Below the pieces are notes generated by a model. It was not told where the DNA came from. It searched no databases and worked only from the letters and a program-made list of their open reading frames with translations. From Candidatus Thorarchaeota archaeon (lineage in GTDB: Archaea > Asgardarchaeota > Heimdallarchaeia > Hodarchaeales > Hodarchaeaceae), in NCBI GenBank assembly GCA_048882505.1, contig JBHLRO010000005.1, positions 120,001 to 152,000 on the forward strand: 32,000 nt of DNA, given 5' to 3'. Shown here piece after piece: positions 17,190-25,770 of the stretch. Every line of letters begins with the position of its first letter. Within the stretch, counting starts at the first letter, position 1. Made by a program: the position numbers and the translations under genes.

Positions 17190-19262
17190 TTATAGGGAGA
17201 CTCTTGGATCGATAATTGAATATAAAATATCAGTCAGGAGATTTGCAATCAATATCAGAAGTGCTGTAACCATGATAATTCCCATAACAGTGGTATAATT
17301 AAAATTGTTGAACTGTTGGACTGCATAGCTACCAAGACCCGGCCAAGCTAGAGTTGTCTCTGTGAGGGGAGCTCCTCCTAAAAGTCCACCAATGCTTAAC
17401 CCTATGTAGGTCACGAGAGGGATCATAACATTCCGAAGGGCATGCCGCCAGATTATCGACCGTCTCGAAAATCCGTAAGCTTGGGCAGACAATATATAGT
17501 CCTGCCTGATAACTTCCAATAATCCAGACCTCACTAGCCGAACGAAAAGGGCGAGGGAGATCAAAGTAATGGCTGTGATCGGAATAACTAAATGGAACGC
17601 TAAGTCCCAGAACTCCCAGGTAAAAAGTTGTCTGAGAAACGTATCAAGATATAGTCGAATGTACATGGATGTGGCCCCCTGCGCAACATCCCATGATAGA
17701 CTCAGGCCGGCTGAGGGGAAAATAGGAATATAGTATGAAAAAAATACGATTAGGAATAAGATAAACAGAAAAATTGGGATTGAAAGCCCGACTGCTACAA
17801 AAAGGGCAATCGCGTTATCAGTAGTAGAATACTGTTTGAGAGCGGCATAAATTCCTAGAGGGACTGATATCAACAAGGTTAAAATGAGGGGGATGACTGT
17901 AATCAGCAGTGTTGGGCCGACTCGACTGCTTAATAGGTCGGCAACTCTTCCGCCACCCAATATTGAAATTCCCATGTCTCCCATGGCGAAATGGAGAAAC
18001 CAGTTAAACCATTGGGCCTGGGGTGGTGCATCTAAGCCATAAAGCCGAGTAAGTTGTTCTCGGAGAAGTGTTCTATTGGTCCCTGGACGACTTGTTTGCA
18101 CGATTAAATCTATAGGATTACCTGTAGTGATCATCAGTGCATAACTAATTATTGATACCCCGATGAAGATCGGAATAAGAGAAAACAGCCTTCGGATTGT
18201 GTATTTAACCACTCTATCATCTAGAAAGGGTTTTAAGGCTCTCGGTACGTTAAGCAAGAGCAGGAAGATCAAGAATATGACTACAACCTGGGCTCCGATC
18301 TTAAACAGGTCTATCTGGAGACTATAAATTGACTCAAGGCCGGTATCGAGTGCAACCAACCATTCGATTCCCATAACTAGAAAAAGGAGCGCCATTAGTA
18401 ATAAAACCAGATAGAAGAGCCTCCAAGAACCTCGTTTGAACCTCAAGAAGTATTCACCCATTCTTTCAGTGAATGTTGGATCTAAAATGGGGGAATATGG
18501 CTTCTTCAAGCTCATTCTCAGTAGAAGTAATCCACAGATGAAAATAACCAATGGATATGTATAAATCTCTAGGTTCAGGTAAAATCCAGCAAGTACGGTC
18601 GTCGCGGAAGATCCTAATGGGAGATCCAGAATGGTCTCCAAAATGCCGTCCCTTTCCACGGAAACATAATTGGGCTGGTACAAGCTAAATACAAATGCTG
18701 TCAGGAGAAGGAAAACAATCCCTGTGATTAGAATATCTGAAGATTGGTTTTGTCTTAATGTCCATCTGGCAATCCTTAATTCTGAGGTTCTATACCTCAT
18801 GAACAGACCACTTAGAAGGATTATTACTGTAATAAGGCCCAGTAGAAGGACAGGGATTAATGTAATGCTAATTAACGTGTAGATTGACACGATTAATAGT
18901 TCATAATAGTAGATAAAGAAAAATAACACATCAAACCCAGTAAATGAGAAGGAAGTTATGAGTAGGAGGATACTGCCGAGAACTGATATCTCTCTGGAGC
19001 GAACTGTAATTCCAGAACCGATGTGAAGTTCCCAATCCTTTAGTTCACCCAATAGGAGGAATAATAGTGACAAAAGTACCATCACAATGAGGACAAGGGA
19101 GGGTGAAAGCGAAACGTTTGGTAACTGGATTACAACTGACTCTGACAACCTGCCAGGAAATAAATATCCCCATACCGCTGCCACAATAGCCAGAAGGGTT
19201 ATTAATCCAAAGTTCCTCAATTGGGTATCTTTAGTTGAAAACTCACCAGACAAATATCTCAC
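17190..19262 (-). CDS. oppB: Opp/Dpp-family permease OppB with a ~350-aa N-terminal multi-TM extension
   Basis: OppB core from VVKYTIRRLF (starts 18212): YGLDAP..QWFNW, GDMGISI, RVGPTL, RSGLLEVIRQDYILSAQAYG, HALRN, YSIIDPRV. Confidence 0.92.
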   Translation of the reverse strand: MRYLSGEFSTKDTQLRNFGLITLLAIVAAVWGYLFPGRLSESVVIQLPNVSLSPSLVLIVMVLLSLLFLLLGELKDWELHIGSGITVRSREISVLGSILLLITSFSFTGFDVLFFFIYYYELLIVSIYTLISITLIPVLLLGLITVIILLSGLFMRYRTSELRIARWTLRQNQSSDILITGIVFLLLTAFVFSLYQPNYVSVERDGILETILDLPLGSSATTVLAGFYLNLEIYTYPLVIFICGLLLLRMSLKKPYSPILDPTFTERMGEYFLRFKRGSWRLFYLVLLLMALLFLVMGIEWLVALDTGLESIYSLQIDLFKIGAQVVVIFLIFLLLLNVPRALKPFLDDRVVKYTIRRLFSLIPIFIGVSIISYALMITTGNPIDLIVQTSRPGTNRTLLREQLTRLYGLDAPPQAQWFNWFLHFAMGDMGISILGGGRVADLLSSRVGPTLLITVIPLILTLLISVPLGIYAALKQYSTTDNAIALFVAVGLSIPIFLFILFLIVFFSYYIPIFPSAGLSLSWDVAQGATSMYIRLYLDTFLRQLFTWEFWDLAFHLVIPITAITLISLALFVRLVRSGLLEVIRQDYILSAQAYGFSRRSIIWRHALRNVMIPLVTYIGLSIGGLLGGAPLTETTLAWPGLGSYAVQQFNNFNYTTVMGIIMVTALLILIANLLTDILYSIIDPRVSL

Positions 19263-19274
19263 CTAACCAAATCA

Positions 19275-19353
19275 AACATGCACGGCCAAAATTATTGCAA
19301 TAAATGCGCATGTTCGACACTTCGTTTAAAAGATTTTGTTGCATGCAACAGAA
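19275..19353. promoter_or_regulatory. oppB promoter region: TATA-like element flanked by palindromes
   Basis: Minus-strand CAAAATC-TTTTAAA (TATA-like ~19324-19332). Perfect palindromes TGTTGCATGCAACA (19337-19350) and TTATTGCAATAA (19292-19303). AACATGC/GCATGTT inverted repeat (19275-19281/19308-19314). Confidence 0.45.
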
Positions 19354-19600
19354 TATCCTGTTGGAATCAAAAGGAGAGAATGGAAAGAGGATCATTTTCA
19401 ACCGATTTATAAAAAATGATTTCTAATTAAGGTTTGGTGAGAACATCATTACTCAAAAAAGTCCTTCATTGGGACGTGAGAACAATAGCTCAGAGACTGA
19501 GAACTAGGACTCCGAAGAGAGGCCCATTGCAATAGAAAAGCATGATTTCTTCTCAATATCAATTCTGGAGAGACGATTCCAATTTGAGCCCAAAATCAGG

Positions 19601-19620
19601 AGAAAATGTTTTTAAAAAAC
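19601..19620 (+). promoter_or_regulatory. Candidate BRE/TATA promoter of oppA
   Basis: AGAAAATG-TTTTTAAA ~75 nt upstream of the ATG at 19689. Confidence 0.45.
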
Positions 19621-19688
19621 TTTGGGTCGAGGTAAGTGTTCAAGATAACAATCTTGAATGACAAAAAGAAACATAGGAAATACAAAAA

Positions 19689-21569
19689 ATGCGAAAACTA
19701 AAGCTATTAATCGTGGTGGGCTTGTTTCTCGGTAGTATGATGGCCCTAGCAGTGACAGTCCCTGTATCCGCTCAAAGAGAAGGACCAGAATGGTTCTATG
19801 ACAATTTAACGGCAGCGGATCGGCTTAAAATCAGGACTGCATTTGATCTTGCCATTCCTCGGGATCAAGTCATCACAAGCTTGATGGATGGTTGGGCATT
19901 TAAGATTGCCACACCAGTCACCAAGGGCGCATTCGGATACGACGAAAACGTTGTTCCCAGAGAATTCAATCAGACAAAAGCATTGGACCTATTAGCCGAA
20001 GTCTTTGGCTACACGTACAATGAAAGCGCTGATGATATTGAGGAAAGAGAAGGATATTTCCCCATGACCCTTGCTGCACCCACATCCCGTGATGACCGAG
20101 TGCAATGGGCTACATTGGTCACCAAGTCCTTCCAAGAAATCGGAATTGACGCTACGATCAAATTCGGTAATTGGAACATCATGGTTCCCCGTGTTTTCGA
20201 TCCAGCTCCCGAAGTAGTAGGAAAAGACTATAAACATGGTGGAATTGATGCCTTCTTTGTCGGTTGGACTGGCGATCCATTCCCAGACATGAGCCAGTGG
20301 TTTACCAGATCGAACTTTGTACCTGCAGGAACCAACCTTGCCTATATCGACAGTACTGAAGTCGAAGGTATCATCAACGAAACATTAGATCCAGCCAATA
20401 CCGTTGCCGAACGAGAAGCTGCTTGGACAGATTTCCAGGAATGGTTCTACGACAACATTCCCTATCATATCATGCTTCAAGAATTAAACCTCTGGGCGCA
20501 TGATCCAGACTTGCACGGTGGACAATATGACTCCTGGGGTTGGCCAAACTATTACAACCTAACCCATGGCGGAACTGATGGCGATGTTAACACCGATGGT
20601 GACAAACCTACAGTCATCGTTGTTTCTACTCCTGGTGAATTCATTGATTCGAATCCCTGGATAGTAGGCTCGTATTACGATGGCCTAGCAGTCTATCCTA
20701 TCTATGAAAGCTTGCTCTCTGGTCCGTTACCCGACGACTTGGGAACCTATTATGGTGCCGTCGCGGAAACATGGAGCGGAAGCGCGGATGGACTAGAATG
20801 GACCTTTAATCTCCGATCAGATGTTAAATTCAGCAACGGCGATGCTCTGACGGCAGACGACGTTGTCTGGAGTTATGAACAAGTTCTGAAACCAGACGTA
20901 GGTGCATACTCCCAGGTCTTCTATTCTACGTACTTTGATACCATTGAGAAGGTTGATGCCGACACTGTCAAAGTCACCTTGAAACAAGGATATGCATACG
21001 CAGAAGGATTAGCTGGCGGTGTACCAATCCTTGACATGTCCGAATTTTCCGGAGTTGCTGATGCTGACTTTGAAAGCCACTCAACCAATACAGGCACTCC
21101 AGCCCGTGGTTCTGGCCCCTATATGTGGGACGCTGCCAATTCAAATTGGGCTCAGAGTACAGCTAGGTTGACCCTCAACCCACACTACGTTGCTAGCAGG
21201 TATCTATCCGGCGCCAATCCACACGCCATCCAGAATATCGAAGTCAAGCTCTACACAACAGCGGCATCCACAGTTGCTGATCTAAGCAATAACATATTGG
21301 ATGTTATTGACGCCAACACCGGTATTCAGCCATTCCTCGATGACCTTAACGCCAGTGCAAATGCCGAGATCGTTATATCTCCCGACTTGGGTCACCAAGC
21401 CTTCTATCCTAACCAAAACTCGCCATACTGGGGAATGAATCCGAAAGACCCCCGTGTACTCTACCCAGAGGATTATGTATCTCCTGTGGATATCGTGGGT
21501 ATTTTGGCGGCTCTTATGACCCTTGGTTTGATTGGTCAGGTCTATAGGTACAGAAAGCGAAAGAACTAA
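19689..21569 (+). CDS. oppA: Family-5 (OppA/DppA-like) ABC substrate-binding protein, circularly permuted, C-terminally anchored
   Basis: Signal peptide. All family-5 motifs are present (IRTAFDLAIPR, KALDLL, QEIGID, VGW, YESLL, AETW..DGLEWTFNLRSDVKFSNGDALTADDV, GSGPY, NPHY), but the halves are swapped. TM + YRYRKRKN tail; divergent from oppBCDF. Confidence 0.9.
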   Translation: MRKLKLLIVVGLFLGSMMALAVTVPVSAQREGPEWFYDNLTAADRLKIRTAFDLAIPRDQVITSLMDGWAFKIATPVTKGAFGYDENVVPREFNQTKALDLLAEVFGYTYNESADDIEEREGYFPMTLAAPTSRDDRVQWATLVTKSFQEIGIDATIKFGNWNIMVPRVFDPAPEVVGKDYKHGGIDAFFVGWTGDPFPDMSQWFTRSNFVPAGTNLAYIDSTEVEGIINETLDPANTVAEREAAWTDFQEWFYDNIPYHIMLQELNLWAHDPDLHGGQYDSWGWPNYYNLTHGGTDGDVNTDGDKPTVIVVSTPGEFIDSNPWIVGSYYDGLAVYPIYESLLSGPLPDDLGTYYGAVAETWSGSADGLEWTFNLRSDVKFSNGDALTADDVVWSYEQVLKPDVGAYSQVFYSTYFDTIEKVDADTVKVTLKQGYAYAEGLAGGVPILDMSEFSGVADADFESHSTNTGTPARGSGPYMWDAANSNWAQSTARLTLNPHYVASRYLSGANPHAIQNIEVKLYTTAASTVADLSNNILDVIDANTGIQPFLDDLNASANAEIVISPDLGHQAFYPNQNSPYWGMNPKDPRVLYPEDYVSPVDIVGILAALMTLGLIGQVYRYRKRKN

Positions 21570-21597
21570 GCTTTCTCTTCTCCCCCCCTTTTTTTTT
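21552..21597 (+). terminator. Hairpin over stop codon plus C7-T9 tract
   Basis: AGAAAGC(21552-21558)/GCTTTCT(21570-21576) stem with TAA in the loop; T9 at 21589-21597. Confidence 0.5.
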
Positions 21598-22025
21598 CTT
21601 CGATTCAATTCTAACCGACTTTTTGGATCCAAAGCATGGGTCCCTTGATGTTTTATTGCCATTTAATTTGATTTTACTTAATTTAGCCAGTAAGAATAAT
21701 AGTCTAATCCTGATTCGGGGATTGATGCAGATAACCCTTACCTTCCCCCATCGTTTAACAAGTCCACTTATTATTAGGGATCACTAGATCTGTGCGGACG
21801 GCTATTGGTTAGAGGAATGAAACGGATCTATATCAGTATTCCTGCACTGATCCTTCGTCATTCAAAGGAATTGAATGATTCCTATGAGTCTAAGTACGCC
21901 TTTTTCTTGTAAAGGTTATCTCCACGATCCCAACCTGGAAATCCAATCTGGGCAATATGTTAAGGTAGCATCTCTAGATTCGGGAAGTTAAACGATTAGA
22001 TCATTCAATCAAAGGATGGACCATT

Positions 22026-24905
22026 ATGCCAGAATCTTTGAAGAAAATGTTCGATTTGAGTTACGTATCGTATCGTTATGTCATGAACAACCGTAAGGCT
22101 CTTTTGGCAACATTACTAGGCTTAGTAATTGGTGCTACAATCATGGCAGCAAGTGCAATGCTGGTAGACTCATACAATTCTGAATTAATTGATGAAATAC
22201 TTTATTCGGAAGAGAGATCGAACTTTAGTGGTGATATCCAAATCGATCTTACCCCAACCGTCGATAGTGGGGAACTTGCTTGGATAAATGACTTCGATGT
22301 TTTTCCTCATTTGGTGAATGAATCTTTTGGTCAGGCCGATTATGAGGGCTATTTCATCAAACAGCAATGGTTTGGGGAATTTTTACTAGGTTATTGGTTG
22401 ACTTTTCCTCTAGCATATCAGAATTACCATCCTGCGTTTGTACGGTCAGTAGAACTAGACCTTTTAGCAAGTCTCGAGTCTTATTTAAATCCTGGTAGTC
22501 GTTTACCTAATAACTACACGGAGATAATTGTTGTCTCCATGCAGAATGAATCGTTCTTAGAAATTGGACAGGTAATTTCAGTAGGAATTTCCCCAGCAGA
22601 CGCATATTGGGCTACATCCACCGCTGTCAATGTATCTATTGTGGGAATGTTGGATTATGAAAAAGTGGAAGATTTATTTCTAGAATTATACTTCCTCCAA
22701 CTAAATCCTCTTAAAAGAGAATCAATGCCTCCAGATAGTTTTTTTATGATAGCTTCTTTGGAAAACGCCTTAAATTTAACCAATCAAATAATGAATGAAA
22801 ATTTCAAGGCTATTTCATCTATTTATGGGAAAATCTTCCTTGACAACGAAAAATTCAATGTTTATTCTCTACCATTTGAGAAAGAAAAGTTAAACGCGTT
22901 ATTTACTCAGATTAATAACAGGTTTGTAAATATTGAGAATGGCAGTTTATCAATCGAAGTTATGGATGTTTACGGACTTCTTGAGAATCTTGACGCCGCA
23001 ATCGAAGATGTTAGGATTTTACAGGTTCTCTTATTATTGATTGATATTCCTGTGATAGCCATTGCTATATATCTGGTCAGTTTCTCCTCTAGTTTGATTA
23101 AACGTCAGAAAAAGGAAACTATCGGGATCCTTAAAACTCGTGGAGGATCGTGGCAGCAAATAACCGTCTTTCTCCTCGGAGAGTCAGTTGTCGTAATCGG
23201 AATTACCCTTATCAGTGGTTTGTCACTTGGCTACGTCGTTACGAGTACTATCATTCGATCGATAGGTTTTCTTGATTTTTCAGGTGCAGAACTACCAGTA
23301 GTTGTCACGGCTTCTCATATTCAATTGCTCCTTTTTTTCGTGGTTGGAGCTACGATTATCATTAACACTTCCGCAATAATTCAATATACCAGAATGACTA
23401 TTCAGGAATCAGTTATTCCAGTCGAGGAGAGTACTCCAGTCTGGAAAAATTATTATATTGACGTTTTTGCAATACTTCTTGGTTTGGGAGGCTATATTGT
23501 ACTTACAGAGCTAGGAAGGATTATTGGGTCATCACTAGGACCTCTCCCCTTGTTAACTGTTGTTTTTTTAATTGTGGGTGTTCCGACGCCGTTTTTACTG
23601 TTTTTTGGTGTCATTCTCTTAATTTCAAGACTATTTCCAGTTTTTTTGGATAGATTAGCTCAATTCCTTTGGAGAAAGAGAGGAAAGCTGGGCGCTTTTG
23701 CCTTAAGAAACGTGGTACGCCATAAAGAAGCTGCAAGTCAGGCAGTAATCCTTATTACTTTGGCTATCTCGTACACAATCATCTCGGGCTCTTTAACCGT
23801 ATCTGTTGATGAAACGAAAAAAATGGGTTATTATTTTTATACGGGAGCAGATTTAAAAATCAATATCGTTGGCGAATATAGTAATCAATCATTCCTCGAT
23901 GAGGTAAGGAATGTCTCTGGGATTTCTCGTGTCACCCAGACTTTTTTCACTCATACACCTAGTGAAACAGGGAGACAATACTATGTATTCTCATTTGTAG
24001 ATCCTAAAACTTATGCAGAAGTCGCTTTTTTCGATGAAAGCCGATTTGGTTTAAGTTCGCCTTTGTCAGACCTTATGGACAAGATTGCTGATAACAAATC
24101 AATCATCCTTTCTAAATCGAATCTAGATGAACAGCCCAACCTGGAGATCCATGATGCATACGGATTCCATTTTTACAATAAAACCCTGTTTTATGCCGGA
24201 GTCTCCGATTATAGAAACTATAGTATTGTGGGCACATTTAATCTATGGCCCCAACTTCAAGAATACGAATGGGCTCCTAGTGGTGCAATATTTGCGGTTG
24301 CTAGCATAGGTATGTTCTATGACCTAAATACTTTCGAATATCTAGCAATTGAAGAGTCAAGCGTGCTTTGCGAATTAGAACCGTCAGCTGATCCAGCAGA
24401 AGTCTACTACAGAGTAAAATATCTGTCACATAAAACTCCTCATACCTATTCAGCTATAGTTGATTATCAAAATTATCTGGCGAGCACAAAACGTCGTTTT
24501 ATGATAGCAGTTTTGAACGCCGCGCTCCTAGCTTGTATCCTGGTAACAGTTTTGGGGTCGGTTATGTTCTCACTTTTCACATTCCTTGAACGTGGAAAAG
24601 AAAGAGGTGTGGAAAGGGCGTTAGGTATGACGCGTATTCAGACAGCAAAGTTGTTCGCAATGGAAGGATCAATAATACTTCTTATAGGGATCATTGTTGG
24701 ATTTGGAGTTGGATTAACCAACACCTCAATTTTCCTGCTGGTTTTTGAAATGGGCAGGACGATACCCCCGATTGTTGTGAACTATCCGCTAGAATTCATT
24801 ACTTTTTTCCTGGCGTTCGTAATTCTAGTGGCATCGATAGGAACGCTCATAATAGCATTTCAATCGTCTAAAAAGGATATAAGCCGAGTTTTGAAGGTGG
24901 AATGA
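22026..24905 (+). CDS. FtsX/MacB-like (type VII ABC) permease, large two-repeat form
   Basis: KETIGILKTRGGS and ERGKERGVERALGMT FtsX motifs; ALRNVVRH; GADLKI; two large sequon-rich extracellular domains. Followed by two ATPases. Confidence 0.88.
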   Translation: MPESLKKMFDLSYVSYRYVMNNRKALLATLLGLVIGATIMAASAMLVDSYNSELIDEILYSEERSNFSGDIQIDLTPTVDSGELAWINDFDVFPHLVNESFGQADYEGYFIKQQWFGEFLLGYWLTFPLAYQNYHPAFVRSVELDLLASLESYLNPGSRLPNNYTEIIVVSMQNESFLEIGQVISVGISPADAYWATSTAVNVSIVGMLDYEKVEDLFLELYFLQLNPLKRESMPPDSFFMIASLENALNLTNQIMNENFKAISSIYGKIFLDNEKFNVYSLPFEKEKLNALFTQINNRFVNIENGSLSIEVMDVYGLLENLDAAIEDVRILQVLLLLIDIPVIAIAIYLVSFSSSLIKRQKKETIGILKTRGGSWQQITVFLLGESVVVIGITLISGLSLGYVVTSTIIRSIGFLDFSGAELPVVVTASHIQLLLFFVVGATIIINTSAIIQYTRMTIQESVIPVEESTPVWKNYYIDVFAILLGLGGYIVLTELGRIIGSSLGPLPLLTVVFLIVGVPTPFLLFFGVILLISRLFPVFLDRLAQFLWRKRGKLGAFALRNVVRHKEAASQAVILITLAISYTIISGSLTVSVDETKKMGYYFYTGADLKINIVGEYSNQSFLDEVRNVSGISRVTQTFFTHTPSETGRQYYVFSFVDPKTYAEVAFFDESRFGLSSPLSDLMDKIADNKSIILSKSNLDEQPNLEIHDAYGFHFYNKTLFYAGVSDYRNYSIVGTFNLWPQLQEYEWAPSGAIFAVASIGMFYDLNTFEYLAIEESSVLCELEPSADPAEVYYRVKYLSHKTPHTYSAIVDYQNYLASTKRRFMIAVLNAALLACILVTVLGSVMFSLFTFLERGKERGVERALGMTRIQTAKLFAMEGSIILLIGIIVGFGVGLTNTSIFLLVFEMGRTIPPIVVNYPLEFITFFLAFVILVASIGTLIIAFQSSKKDISRVLKVE

Positions 24906-25757
24906 ATGTTTCTTGAATGTCAGGATGTATTTAAGCTTTATAAGGATCCAGTAACTAAAATCCAGGTGCCAGCTTTACGTGGCGTTGAATTATCGGTTAA
25001 TAAGGGTGAATTGAGTGCGATCATTGGGCCCAGTGGAGCAGGTAAAAGTACTCTAATCAATTTGATCGGAGGAATTGATAAACCATCCTCAGGTGATATT
25101 ATCGTTGATGGTCAAACAATTAATAAGCTCAAATCAAAGGAGTTAATCCGATATCGTCGCCATAACATCGGATTCCTTTATCAAAACCCTAAGAGAAACC
25201 TTATCTGGAATATAACCGCTTTTCAAAATGTTATCGTCCCAATGAAATTGGCTAGCCAGTGGGGACTTGAAATCCAGAAACGAAGATCCCTTGAATTATT
25301 GGAGAGAGTCGGTTTAGAAAGAAGGGTACACCACAAACCTCACGAATTATCTGGAGGGGAAGCGCAACGTGTTGGAATAGCTGTTGCTCTAGCTAATGAT
25401 CCAGCCATAATTCTTGCAGATGAGCCAACCGGCGAGCTTGATAGTGTTACCACCTTCAAAATCATCGATTACTTTCAGAAGATAAATAAAGAGCTAGGTA
25501 CAACATTTATCGTCGTTACCCATGACCATCGTTTTGCTGATATGACGGAGCAGGCTGTGAATATCCTTGATGGTCAAATAATCGGTTTACACCGTAGAAT
25601 TGATAGTAATAGACCTGTTTCAGAGCGAGAAGAAGTTTTTTATGTAGATGACCATGGAAATCTACGCTTACCAGAAGAGATGCGTAAGACAGCAGGTGTT
25701 AACAAACACGTGAAGCTAGAACTAATCAATGGCCGTATAACTATCATTCCTGCATGA
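24906..25757 (+). CDS. LolD/MacB-like ABC ATPase with C-terminal AbrB/SpoVT-like domain
   Basis: GPSGAGKST, LSGGEAQR, ADEPTGELD, VVTHD; tail VDDHGNLRLPEEMRKTAGV..VKLEL....ITIIPA resembles a swapped-hairpin AbrB fold. Confidence 0.9.
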   Translation: MFLECQDVFKLYKDPVTKIQVPALRGVELSVNKGELSAIIGPSGAGKSTLINLIGGIDKPSSGDIIVDGQTINKLKSKELIRYRRHNIGFLYQNPKRNLIWNITAFQNVIVPMKLASQWGLEIQKRRSLELLERVGLERRVHHKPHELSGGEAQRVGIAVALANDPAIILADEPTGELDSVTTFKIIDYFQKINKELGTTFIVVTHDHRFADMTEQAVNILDGQIIGLHRRIDSNRPVSEREEVFYVDDHGNLRLPEEMRKTAGVNKHVKLELINGRITIIPA

Positions 25758-25770
25758 GGTGATCCTTGAA

